Shown piece by piece: positions 12,918 to 26,559 of a stretch of DNA of 64,000 nucleotides. The translations under genes and the position numbers were made by a program. The stretch covers positions 56,602,355 through 56,666,354 of the forward strand of contig NC_068997.1 of assembly GCF_001194135.2 (NCBI RefSeq), written 5' to 3'. The stretch comes from Octopus bimaculoides (taxonomy: Eukaryota). Position 1 is the first letter of the stretch; every line of letters begins with the position of its first letter. Below the pieces are notes generated by a model. The model searched no databases and was not told the DNA's origin. It worked only from the letters and a program-made list of their open reading frames with translations.

Positions 12918-13084
12918 ATAATTCGCGCGGGCAATAATGGAGTGAATCTTAGGGTTTATTCATCTCATATTTTCTGATCCTTCTTTAACACTGGTTCCAA
13001 TATGTTACTCGTACCTGCACTCTGCTTAGGAAGTTGTGTCCTAGCATATGTACCTTGGTAATTAATAATAGTCGTGATCCTGTA

Positions 13085-13302
13085 GATTAGTGGTCTCAAA
13101 TGTTGGCACTAAGCGAGTAATTTCAGGGGAGGAGGTACGTTGCTAATATCACAGGACATAAGTGGTACTTATTTTATCGACCTAGAAAGGATGAAAGGCA
13201 AAGTCGATCTCGGTGGAATTTGAACTCAGAGCGTAAAGACGGATGAAATGCTGCTAATCATTTTTCTCGGCGTGCTAATGATTCGGTCAGCTCGCTGCCT
13301 TA
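13085..13302 (-). mobile_element. tRNA-derived SINE with Nin/Deu-like domain (family C)
   Basis: Reverse complement AAGGCAGCGAGCTGACCGAATCATTAGCACG...TTCAAATTCCACCGAGATCGACTTTGCCTTTCATCCTTTCTAGGTCGATAAAATAAGTAC resembles the conserved Nin/Deu domain (GCCTTCCATCCTTCCGAGGTCGGTAAAATGAGTACC). Confidence 0.85.
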
Positions 13303-15742
13303 GGAACCTGAATATTGTAATTCATTGTTGACAGACATTGAGAAATGAAACATCGAGAAATGTATAAATTTTGACAATGGTTGAGAAATCAGTCTTAAAG
13401 TGTTGGCAGTGGATTTTGTGATTTTTTGTTTTTTCCAAGCTAAGCTTCTTACATTGAGTTCTGAGGTTTTAATGAGGTTGCTTAATTCTTGTGTTCAGCA
13501 TTTTCAATGGTCCTTAGAATACTTTGACAAGGTTTATTAACAGGTTATGACGTGATTAGAGTTAAATTACTGAAGAGTATAACAGGTGAAATTTTCGGGC
13601 AAGCATAATTAGATAACACTCGAAGAATTTCAGGACAATTAATGTTAATGTTGAGGCATGAAAATCTGTTCAAACATAACATCCAAGCAGAGGAATGTAA
13701 TAACTAACAGCGATTAGTGTTTGTACAACATTACAACACATCAAATGCCTCACTTGCCGTATATTCCCGCATTTCGGGAAGCGAGATGTGTTGATGCCAT
13801 CACAAGTTTAGCCTCGTGTGGATGATATCATAACATTATATCTGAATGGTTTAATAACGAAACAATGTCGGTTGCGATAGTTGTCAGTATTTCCACTGGT
13901 AACTAAAGTTTGCATTAATGGATTGTTAATTACAATGCTAATGAGTGAAGAAGACGAAGCGGAGGAAAAAATTGACATAACTGAAACTATTAATGAGTTG
14001 GAAATAATGTTATTACGAGGTTTATAATGAAGTCCAATAAGCTGATTATGTGGTTAACATCCGCCGCTAAAAGGATCATACTTCCTTCTTACACTTGTTG
14101 GAAATTTCCTAACATCTCACATGGGATAATTTCTGTGATAGCCTTGACTACATTCTTCATTAAGTGTAAGAGAAGCAACAATTACAAGAATAAATCGCTG
14201 CTTCGTGTCCTCAGTTGCAACGGTGTGGCATTTAAGTTGATATATGCATTATAAATGCTACTAGTTTTTGAATTAACTTTAAGTTTTCGACTTTTGATAT
14301 TGCTGCTTTCAAGCCCAGCGTTATATTTCTCAGTAGTCTGATGGTTATACTGTTCAACGTTATTCCAGAAATGAAACGGTCCATTATTAAATTTTGTAAA
14401 CAGTTCAGATGCCCACGCTGCTGCGAGGCTTCAGTTTTTACCTGAGAGTTTCGAGGGTCAAGAAACTGATCCGCACACTCAACAGGAATTTGTCTGCGAG
14501 TTAACAGCCCATGTCTTGTGAAACCTGCATTCATTGGTATATTGAATATATCACATACACACACTCGTACGTACGTATGTATATATATGTATGTAAGTAT
14601 GTATATGAGCGTATGTATATGTGTTTATGTATAGAATGATAGATAGTCAATTCATAGTTGATATAACTAGACGTAAAAATTCACTAGCAAAAAGATTGAC
14701 AGATAGATGGACAGTTGGATAGATAGAGAAAAATTGGTAGACCGATAGATAAATAGATAATTTCAGTAGAAAGCTTTTTGATGCAGTGAATCAAAGTAGT
14801 GTCCCTCTTTCATCTTTCCCTAATGATAATATGGCAATCCTAAATTGTTTATAATTTCTGGAGATTAAATTTGAACGCTTTTGTGAGTTACAACTTGATT
14901 GCTATAAGCTGAGAACTATGTTGAAATATTGTGCGTGTGCGTACATATTACGTACACACATATTTATACTGATGTATCTTGGGAGGGTCATTATGCCAAT
15001 AATAAATACAAGCACTTCTATTACACTTTTTATTATTATTAGTCAATAAATTTACCATTTAACCAAGTGACTTATCACTAGCTGAGCGACTTATTTAACG
15101 AATGATTGATCAAACAATCGATTAGCTAATTGGTTAAGATATTACCTACTTGACTCGCCATAATAAAAGGAATGAAACAGAACCAGTGCGTGTAGTTATT
15201 ATTGGCAAAATAACCCCTCTAGATACAGCAGAATCTGAGTCAACATATGTTTTCACGTTAAGCATAAAAAAGCACGCACACATACACACACACACATGAT
15301 TCAAAAACTTATGTGACTTTCACAGAAAGCTCCTCCAACGAACTCGGCTAACAGACCACACTGTAATCCAATACCGATGAGTATAATGCAGAGTTCCGTA
15401 TAGCTAAAATACAAGATATCCGATGGATGAAATTGTTTCATGAGGAGTTTATAAACCTTAAAAAGTCGGGAGGTTTGAAAGATGGAAATATTTAATGAAT
15501 TGAATCATAGGCGCAACCATAATGTTCTGGAAATTTGAAAGCTTTCTTTATTTGCATTCATTTGTAAATATACAATTGTATTGTAAAATGTGTAGCATGC
15601 ATATTTGCACAAACATGTCAGCATAATTTATTATGCACTGAAAATATTATTGCATGTAGAAGGTTGCGAAACAGCCGTAATTCTAAGGACAACAAATGGC
15701 TGAACACATTTACCTCTCTTGACATTTTAGGTTTTATATATG

Positions 15743-15786
<44 letters not shown>

Positions 15787-15866
15787 TGTGTATTCGCTAT
15801 TAGTAAGGGAAGTAAACTTTGTAACGAATGTTAATTTGCACATTCAACCTAACTTGGATATGTTGT

Positions 15867-16160
15867 TTTAAACACTTTCAGCTGCAGTAATCGTCCTGAG
15901 ACCTCATCTGCTGGAAACAATAAGTGCTAAAAAATACAAATTATATCAGCAACCGAATTTCGCCTGCTCCAGCGGGTGGTACAGTTGTGTCACGTGATTT
16001 CAGCGTAATTGTTGCCTCGTAGGCTTTCGCTGACGAGGCGAAGATCACGCCGATGGCGCTGAAATTTCGTCCACCGTTATAATCTGTGCTACTTAGCACT
16101 TGATGCGTGTAAAGATTGAGTTCTTAGGACGAATTATTACTGCAGCTAATGGCGTTTAAA
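15867..16160. mobile_element. MITE/foldback element, ~294 bp
   Basis: Imperfect inverted arms TTTAAACACTTTCAGCTGCAGTAA..TCGTCCTGAGA / TCTTAGGACGA..TTACTGCAGCTAATGGCGTTTAAA, with further nested inverted pairs (AAGTGCTAA/TTAGCACTT, ATTTCAGCG/CGCTGAAAT, GCCTCGT/ACGAGGC). Confidence 0.75.
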
Positions 16161-16350
16161 GCAATACGTCCCAGTTAAGTGGATGAGCAAAAAAATATGC
16201 TCACGCGCGCACACAGACACGTATGCATTTATACACATAAATATAGAATACGTATATATGTATGAAAAGGATGATCATGATGTTGATGATACGCACAAGT
16301 GAATTTCTGCAGCATATCAAGTTATGTAATATCAAATGTTGCTTCACGGA

Positions 16351-16378
16351 TAGAGAGAGAGAGAGAGAGAGAGAAAGC

Positions 16379-16428
<50 letters not shown>

Positions 16429-16440
16429 AAGAAAGAGAGG

Positions 16441-16482
<42 letters not shown>
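16351..16482. repeat. (AG)n microsatellite
   Basis: Direct sequence. Confidence 0.95.
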
Positions 16483-16486
<4 letters not shown>

Positions 16487-16846
16487 AAATTGTTGTTTAG
16501 TAATTTGGGGAGATGTTGATTTTGTTGCAAACTGAGTTGTGAGACTCTCCAGTTTCAATTAACCATGCCAAACACTGCGGAATATGAAACGTTTATTAGG
16601 AACGAATGCTTCTAATTATTTCAGGCTAGTAATTAAATAATAGTCTGACCTTATTATTTATTTATATAAACACATAATTCGTTTAGCTTCATCAACATTT
16701 ACTGCAGCTCACTCGTACAATTCTACTAACAAAATTCACGTTTGACTTGCTTAATACCTGCTACTTCTGCGACTTCCATTTCCATCTTCTTCTAATACCA
16801 TCAATAACTGAGTTTAGCTATTTTATGAAAATTTCTCAATTATCAG

Positions 16847-17622
16847 GACACTGAGAATTATTGAAGACCAAATTTATAGAAATAATAGACAATCAGTAAA
16901 ACGGATAATGGTTCATACAGAAACAATCACTGTTAACCTAGTTTGCGCATGGACCAAACTCGACACTTCACTTTTCACCTTCTCAATCAACAAAATATCA
17001 AATAGGTACCATGAGTAAGTTATATTTCTATCGATGGCGCACAAACCTGTTGTATCGTGTTCAATCTTTCCAGTGTTCAAATCCTTTCTTCAGAAGAATT
17101 TAGAATAAAAATGTATAGCAAAGGTTAGTTAAGAAAAAAGGTATGTAGTTAGGGCGTTCAGGACATGCACTTCTGTCTTTTCATTCCCACCCATCGGTGG
17201 GTAGGATATTGAGTTAACTAGAACGTGTGTTAGATATCTTAAAGGTTTGGGCATTTTAATGTAAGAATCTTAAGGCCTATTCCAGCCTGTTATTAAGTAA
17301 TTTGTATCTCGATGTAAAGATTTGGTACGTTTCTTCTATAGCTAACTCACATCTATCTCCCTCTTCCTATCTTTAAGGGACCAGATTAGTCTGCTTAAGC
17401 TCATGTTGTCTATTTTCGTTCTATCCTTAAATGTCCAGTCAAAACACGTGTAGGTCGTCTAACAATAATATATGCTGTATGACATTTAGAATAAAAGGAA
17501 ATAAATTTTGAGGTTGTACCAATCTTCACATTATCTATCTATCTATCAATTTATTTGTCTATCTATATCAATATATATGTACCAACGCAGGAAGCTTGTT
17601 TGAATTAGTTCACTTTGAAAAC
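16847..17622 (+). CDS. Possible three-exon coding chain of unknown product (16847-17014, 17074-17123, 17591-17622)
   Basis: AG/GT boundaries (donors GTAAGT, GTTAGT, GTAAGT), consistent phases 2-2-1-0, stop-free 83-codon product. No recognised homology. Confidence 0.25.
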
Positions 17623-17850
17623 GTAAGTGATGGACTCTTGATGAAATTGCATTGGATGCATAACTGCATACGGAGCAATGTGTAGTTGCTGCAATTGAAA
17701 CATAAGTTGGTCATTGTTATATATGCTGTAGAAAACTTTTTTGATATAAAGTTATGGATGTGAATAAATCTCCACTTCTCTTCGTTTTCAGTTGTGTGTG
17801 TGTGTATGTGTGTATATGTATATATATATATATATATATANNNNNNNNNN

Positions 17851-17894
<44 letters not shown>

Positions 17895-18742
17895 TCCCAT
17901 CTTCATTTCTGTCAGTATGTATGCATGTTGAGTGAACATTATTTTTTTGTGTTGGTGTTTACCCCCATAACCATGGAAAGAGAAAGTGGAAATGCTAACT
18001 TCTCGACGTGTCTCGCGTCGAATGATTGAACGAAAAGGAGAATTGTTTTGAGTTTTGCTTTTATTGAATGATTGAGTGTTTATTGGTCGACGATAGTAGA
18101 TGAAATACAACACGGATAACCGCGAAACACTATGATGTCACCTGTTGTATGAAAATATAATTGAAACCACTATATACTGTAATAGAGAGACTAAAACAAC
18201 TTATTAACATAATTCAAATTCCTCTCGATATTATTAAATTAGTGTAAATATTTTTAAAAAGTGAAAAAAAAAAAAATTAAGCGTCAAAAAAAGGTAATTA
18301 GAAAGACGTGTTTGCTAGGAAAAAAACTAGTAAAACAATATCTTCGTTCATGTGAGAGATATGCGAACATGCTCTGTATATTTGAGAGGACCAAGAAAAT
18401 ATAGTCTTGACTATATTTTTCTGAACAGTGGTGAAAGAGTCGCCAAGTGAATGTTCAGTATTGTCTATTTGTTGATATAGGTAAAGTGAATCGGTTTGAG
18501 AGACACCAGCTACATAAAAAAAGGATATGTTAGTGAAATTAGTGTTGATGTATCTAATGTAGGAATATAAAAAAATGCTAAGTAGAAATAAAAATACGTG
18601 ATGAGAAAAATATTAAAGAAACATTTTTCCAACATAAAAAATATAAAAATATATATATACACCAAGTCAGGTTTAGGTCGATGATGAAACAGCTTACTAT
18701 GGAAGGTAGTATTGATTATCGTTATGAAAAAACAAAAGATAT

Positions 18743-18755
18743 ATATATGTATATA

Positions 18756-18813
<58 letters not shown>
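18743..18813. repeat. (AT)n microsatellite
   Basis: Direct sequence. Confidence 0.95.
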
Positions 18814-18817
<4 letters not shown>

Positions 18818-19739
18818 TATGTATGAGTGTGTCTGTGTCTCTAACAAATTTGCTACAGTGCTGCAAATATTCAACATCAATTACATTTAAGTAAGTTCTG
18901 CAATAATATTTGAATACCATGGCTGTTTTAACAGAGTGTTTCTCCCTCGCTTTAATGGCCGTTTTATTCTAAGAAGATAATTAACATTGTGTTCAATATT
19001 ATACAATTTTTAGAATTCCCAGATAATCAAATATGTCAGGTGTCCTGTGATAATAATCGGTAAGCCAGAATATTTTTTATTCTATAATCAAACTAGAAAG
19101 AATATTTTAACTGCATCAATACACCACATTATCATATACACTAACACGCTACAGAACAGTCAGAATGTGAGGGAGATACAATTAAAGACTTCTAAATTGA
19201 AAAGTTAATGGGGTATACATGCACACATACAAACATATATATAGACACACACGCGTACACACATATCTGTATGTATGTATATCTGGTATGTGTGTGTGTA
19301 AGACTTAAGTGCTGTATGGTTAAGCGAACGGCTAAGAAACTCTGTGACACCGAGTGACATATGGATATTTGTCAAAAACCTCGGGTAGACGTTACTTTCT
19401 GAATGAAATTAGGTAGACAGAGACTATACGGAATCCCCTCGGTTGGATAGTATGCGTAACTCAAAGGTACGGCCTTGACATACATCGTGTCTTCCTTGTT
19501 CTGCCTAACAATTACTGAAGGGTTTGAGTATCTGTGGAATGATCACTGACATTTTAACTCAATGACCAGCATATTCGAAAACGAAGTAGATTACAGCGCT
19601 AATAAATAATTATCCAATAATTATCTGACTGCATCCTATTTCTTAATATTTAATATCTATACCACAAGTGATACAATCTACACACGCTTACATAAGTGTG
19701 CATATTTGTGTGTATGTATGCTCGTATGTATGTGTGTAA

Positions 19740-19799
<60 letters not shown>

Positions 19800-22700
19800 C
19801 ACACACACACACATATATATATATATATCTATTCCATGAACCAGTCTGTAGGACACAGATATATTTATGTGATTAAGTGATTATTTTCAGAATCATGTGG
19901 ATTGGGATTTGATCTCACCGCAGGGCATTTATACAAAATAATCTTAACATTGCTTTTGGTGGTATTTAGTTTTGCATATTTTATATTTTCTTCCAGTTTG
20001 CTCAAACTTTCACTTGTCCTTCGCTTTTTAAGTGTTTTTGATGATATATGCACCTAATAAACTCGCTCAATATGGCCCCAGTCTAATGACAAAACTTTTG
20101 CAGATTATAAAAACGTCGTTTAAAAAGGTATCGGTTCACTGGAAAAGAAAAATATATCCAAATTTAAACAGTTGTGAGAAAAAGAAGTCACCTCCCATGA
20201 CTTCAAAATTAATTACTATGATATAAGATTCCCTGAGCCACATTTTCTGCCAAAGACTCTCCACTTATTAAGTGTTGTTCAAAGATACTTGATATAAGAT
20301 TAAAATTACTAGTATTAATAACTAGATCTACTTTCTTACATAATTAGAAAAAAAAAGAGATTGGATTTGTTAATTGATTTTTGAATAACTTCTCACTTTT
20401 GTCTACGAACCAATCAGATGTTTTCCCCCTGCGTTATCAGAATATGTTTGTGTGTGTTTGCGTTTGTCTACATCTCCCTGTTTTTCATTTCCTCTCTTAT
20501 TCTTTTCCTCATATTTCTGTTACTTGTCTTCCTTCTCTTCGTCTTCATTATACTCTAAATGTATGTACTTCATCTCTCTTGTCTCATTTTCAATCGATTC
20601 AGCTCTGTCATTTACGTAATTCTTTGATTTACATTTTCTTAATCTATTTCACACATTTCCTAACAAATACACCCTTTTCTCCTTAATGCTAAAGTCACTA
20701 TCTGTATCAATTGTTATTGCAGATCTTCAAACAACCTTTCTCTTACCATCTTTTCTTTCACTATATTCTCTCTGCTATTTCTCTTTATATCTCTTTTTTT
20801 CTTTCTTGTCTGTTTTTCTTTTTCTGTCCCTCTTCTCAATCTTTCTCTCTGTCTTCGTCCATATTTTCCCCCTTGTCTTACTCTTTTGTTAGACTGTGCC
20901 TTTTATTTCTAGTGTTATCTCTAATTCCTTTTGTTAGTCATTAAATAGATTTAATGCTAAATTCTACATTTTAAAATCTCTGCAGTTATATGTAACATTT
21001 GTTTCCAAAATATATAACCGCTACATAAGACTGTAATTCATTACAAATATGTCAGTCATAACGAACAGTGTTAACGAGAAACTGAGTAAAAACGGTGTAG
21101 AATCTCATACTTTTATAATTATACATACATATTTAGATGCATATATAAACACAGGCACATTCATATGCACACATATATAGACATATATGTGTGTGTGTTT
21201 CTACATATGTATGTTTTATAAATACGTGCATGCAATATATGTGCGTGCACTAAATATATAAATACCTACATACACAGCACACAGCTCCACATAAACACAC
21301 AATCATTTATTTGCTTTCATTGTTTTGTTGTTATATTTTTATTGTAGCCGAGGTAATTGGCTTTTTGTGCTGGCCATAAGCTAAGCATTTACTGCGATAG
21401 TCTCCATTTATCTGTTAATAGCATAGATGTTGGTTGTGTATGGTGGAAAGATTCGAGTCAGATAACAAGCAAGAGAGGTGGGGAGTAACAAAAAAAAACA
21501 ACGGAAATATACATACAAAATATTTATAAAAAAATATGTTCAGAGAGATTAAATAATTTCATATATTACTAATAGATTTACTACAGACAAAACTAATAAA
21601 TTCAAAGCTTACTTTGTGCGTGTATGTGTGTGTATGTGTGTGTGTGTGTAATGTGTGTTTGCGGAGGTGTCTGGTGGTTGGTTTGGCCGTATTTTAAATT
21701 GGTCGTCTGGTGTCGGATTAGAGTTAACTCCCCATAATATCTCGTGATCTGTGACTAGAATGTGGAATATACTTAACTATCGAAATAAAGCGATGACTTT
21801 GATGCTACTGATACTGTGACCTTCACCCAACACCATCAGCAACAACGGAGACGTAGACTATCAATAAATATTTTAATTGCAGGCAAATACTAGACACAAG
21901 TTCACTGTAACTGGCAAGTCTTCAATGGAATCTCACAGAGATCGCTTTACAACACATCCACGCGTGCATACACACACACATACGAACACACAATGGCGAT
22001 AGGAGAATTAACCAGGACTGCCTTATGCAAGAAATAAATATACTTAAGTTTAGCATCACTAGTAATAGATCACACGCTCTTAAGACAAATAATTAGGTCT
22101 GCTCAAAATGTCAAGGGAGAAAACTCTGAAAGGAACTGACGTAAAAGCTGAAGGTGGGAATGGAGGTGACCCAGCAGCCATCTGAACTGTTTACATAACC
22201 TCTAAAATGCAATGCACCAAGACATTCCACAGATCGAATGCTCTTGCTCATTGGTTGATTGGATCAGACCTGGGGTTAAACAATAGCATTAAGAACAACG
22301 AATGGTATCCAGAAATAAAATGTGGAATATGGCTTGAGAGTGAGTTTGTATGTCATACCATCGAATACTGCATTACAGGGAGCGGACTGGACGTGGGCAA
22401 TGTCTAGAATAATAATTCTCTTGGTTGTTTTTTTAACTATTTAATCTTGAGCGGCTTAGAAACCGCTTGCTAGTGAGAGTACAACCAGTCGAAAATTGTA
22501 TGTTGGAGGCCTTTAGGCTTCAGAGATCACCAGGAGAGAATGCGTACCGTTTCGGAGCTTTCCTTTCGAGGGCTTTACAGTGCACCACTCATTGATGTGA
22601 CGCTCCACATTCTGGATCGACAGACAAGTGTTCCGGCTCAAGTCCAACTCTTCAGCTAGATATAATCCCTTTCCAGCCAAATCTCTTGCAAGATGACATT

Positions 22701-24545
22701 TGTTGGCCGATGGTTCACATCACTTGTTATGTATCACCGATCAAGAATAATGTGACGATACACATCTACAACTACTACTACTACTACTACTACTACTGCT
22801 GGTGTTGCTGCTGCTGCTGTTACTACTACTACGACGACGACGGCGACGATGACAACAACTCGGGCGGAGTTTCGGATCAAGACGCTCACAGACGTTGAAT
22901 TCTTTTTACCCTTTGACGGCGACTTTTCCGATTTTTTATTTCATCACCGCCTTTGAAATGATAAAGAGCATCTTTTCATGAAAAGATATCTTCATTTCTG
23001 TTTAATTTATTGTTTTTTTAATTTATGGATTTGTTTTCATTTTCCCCATCATCACCCTCCTCCAGATCGATTTTAGCCAATTATCTTGGCACTACGCCAT
23101 TAAAAACCATGGGATGAGCCTTTTCGGTAGAGAAAAAAAATTGTAGTCATTTTCAGACGAAATGTTGTGTGATTTAAGAGATATATGGGTGTTGTTTTTA
23201 GGACATCCCACGACCACTCTGACATTATTGATGTTTTTCAATATTTGTCTCCCTATAAGCACATTTATGCTAATAAAAAAAGGTGGCGGTGAATATTATA
23301 AATTTATGATAATTGCCTCCACCGCGTTGTTTCTAATTATAATTATTTCTGAGGAGGTCCTTGCTAGAATTTATCCACAGTGATTTAAAAAAGAGGTATG
23401 TAAAAGATAATTTATTTTAATAGCATACTTTTCTGATGGTAGATGTCTTTTCTTACACACACAGAGCCTCGATTTGTTTGCTGGAAGTAAAATTTAGATT
23501 GCAATTATTTTTGCTTTGTTTATTTTTGCTTAAATCCCAGCAATAGACATGTGTTACTTCCAAATCGTTATTCCTTCAAATATATTTATGAGGAGAAAAA
23601 TATTGGAAAATTTTTATCAACACCTTAAATGGGGAGACGATTTAGCCGACCAGAGCAGAAAAATATGAACTCAAAGCGCAAAGAGCCTGTACGAATATCA
23701 CGTCTGTTGGCTCTGACAACTGTGTCTCTGATGTCTCGAATCGTATCAGAAGTGGCATAACAAGAGGAACAATAGATATTTTGCATTATATTCCATTCCA
23801 CTGCTAATCAAACAATGTATGTGCCGCAATAGAATTACACTACTTATAGAGAAATAGTAGCCAAATCCCCCTCACAGTGAAACCCTACAATCTTTCAAAA
23901 GTAAACGGACATACGAGAATCATGTAGTCCAAGATACACTACATTAAAATAGGAGATGGTCATGGATGGCATGTCTGTGATCAGATACATCAGGGTTCAT
24001 CTGATGCTCTGCAACAACAATACTTGTTACATCTCTACATTAACTCGGTCCGTTGTGTCTCATAATGCACAATGCATCACGACTACATCGCACTCTACTG
24101 CACTCTGCTGAATAATACTAGAAATAAAAACAAAATATAAAAGAGTCTGTCACTTCAGATTATTGTACTCACATCTATTCCATGGAACCATTTATAACAG
24201 CAACAGCAGCCACAGCACTAACAACAGGAATAACAAGAGCACTCGTGATGAAATTCAATTTGAATATTCGATCACAGCCAGAAAATAAAGATCTGTATCA
24301 TGTCCACTTGGAGATCTTAACATTTCTTTTAAATACGCACACATGTAAGTATATACACACATGTAAGTATATACACACACACGTGCACAGTCTCTGTATA
24401 CGCATATAGATACATATATTTATGTATATATTTACATATATGTATATATAGAGAGAGATAAGTACACATATATACAAATTTATGCACCTATGCCCACATA
24501 CAGATATAGATATCTGCATATTTACGTATTCAACATATTCATCAT

Positions 24546-24585
<40 letters not shown>

Positions 24586-25149
24586 GTGCACACAATCACA
24601 CATATATATACATATTCATAGATTCAAAGATAACAGGAACGGTCATGTGGTTAAGAAGTTCATGTTGCATTTGAAATGAATAAATTAATAAAAGAGTAGG
24701 AATAAGAAAACATATGCATATCAATATATACATTCGCACACGTATATTGTATGTATACTTGTATATATGCAGACACACTCACACATGCATATATATATTA
24801 TATACACATCCACATGTATGTATATTCACACACACACATCCACGTGTATGTATATTCATACACACACATCTATATATACATATATATATAATTATATGAT
24901 TACAACAAGCACTTTGACTAACTTCAAACTAGTTTTGCCAGACTAATAGCTTTCGCTGTCATACTTTGAGTTCCATTTCAGACAACATTTAACAACTGTG
25001 CATCGGTTATAATGGCAGATATACACCACACTTTGCCTGCTCCATCTTTTATCTAATATATAGATGCAAACATAGATACACACATGTATCTGCTACGGAG
25101 CAGCAAGAAAGTTCATTACACAAACCGAGTGCTCAAAAATGATTTGAAT

Positions 25150-25620
25150 AACAGCAGGACGTTTGTGAACGCCTGGAGAATCGTTTGCTTTTTTTTTTGT
25201 GACCTCCCATGTGAAATCAGAAGTTCTGGGTTTGTAGGCTTCAGCTAAAAAGAGGAAAAACAGTCTGCATACAGCAAAAAAGGAAACAAGATTATGCATG
25301 ACTATTTTTTCCCGTAAATTTGAAGACGCCGATAAGTATTCATTTGATGAGAAGCCTCTCTTTGACGTAAACCAGAATATCACATCGCATCTCGAAGGCT
25401 ACGCTTTTGCAATCCAAAAGCAGGAGATAGCTATAAGAACTATTCAATGAGCAGCGAGACACTGAAGTCCTTCAAGTGAAAAGAATTTCAACTGCAAATG
25501 CCGAGTATGTCCTTCTTGTGTGGCGGGCATAAAGGCATGCAATCGGTTGCTGTACAAAAAGGCCTATAAAGGTCAAAAATACATCTGGCGTTGTCGTTGG
25601 CCACTTCTAGGTCGAATATC
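25150..25620 (+). pseudogene. R4/Dong-like (RLE-type) LINE fragment, pre-zinc-knuckle region
   Basis: Translates NITSHLEGYAFAIQKQEIAI...NCKCRVC, matching the EG..AxQ(D/E)Q..T...CRxC region of RLE LINEs; interrupted by stops. Confidence 0.65.
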
Positions 25621-26559
25621 CGTCCGTCTCTAAGGTGTTTTTAACACTGGTCGTGTCATCTCAGGACAAATACCACAGTAACTGGCTTATCAAAGGTGTA
25701 TATACATTAAGTATGACATACACGGTGTTTGAACCCCTACTACTGCCAACACTACCGTCATCCTCATTTCAACACACCCATCATTCCTACCAGATTCTCA
25801 AACATCAAATCTACAGTGAAGTCATTTTGTCAAGGTTTGTAAATATTTCAAATTCGAAATTCAACCAATTGAATTCAGATTTTATTTCTTCTTTCATTTT
25901 ACTTTATTTATTCCGAGTTCCGAATGCTGTAAGAAAAGTTTGAATGTTTTGGAATTCCCAAGAATGCGTTTTCAAAGGTAAAACTTGGTTCTACTGTTTT
26001 GACATGTGTTGTGATAGGTTATGATTCTATAACATCCCATGTGATGTCATGATGTAATGAGTTGTGTTACTAGGTGACATGATAGAACATCACCCCATCA
26101 CAAATCATCTCTCTTCGACACTTCGCATTTGTTTATATATACATACATACGTACGTACATAGTATGTATCTCTCACTCTCTCTATATATATACACACACA
26201 CATACACCCACACGTGTATACACATCAAATAATGTAGTCTTGATGGCGATGAGGATAATAGAGATTAAGCCACAAATTCAGTGATGACGAAAACGACGAA
26301 CAATGGCCATGATGATGATGTTGATACCTATTGTGATTGCTATTCCTAATTAAATCAGTATTGGCAACAACCTCAATTATAGTCATCATTATTTATTATA
26401 ACAAGAATAATTACAAAAGCAACCACGTCCAATAATGAAATTATCAATCAACAGATAAATTCTAAACAGGAAATCATCATAACATACTTAATAAGTTCAA
26501 TATATAAGACCGGATGGGTTTCTTATCGTTATTATTGTTATTATGATGGTGTGAGAGAA

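Larger units (their letters stand above)
12690..13085 (-). mobile_element. Repeat carrying a tRNA-like segment and a hammerhead ribozyme (probably PLE-related)
   Basis: Minus strand: unique 5' part, tRNA-like block 12917-12852, (TAA)n spacer, hammerhead 12784-12742, A-rich end. Confidence 0.7.

Noticed and set aside
16025-16065. Hammerhead-like CTGACGA-GGCG...CGCC-GA
   Set aside because: GAAA and the cleavage triplet are absent; the pairing is explained by the surrounding foldback MITE.
14395-22195. Shared 17-mer CATCTGAACTGTTTACA at ~14395 (-) and ~22180 (+)
   Set aside because: One 17-nt match is roughly at chance expectation for a window this size, and the flanks do not align.
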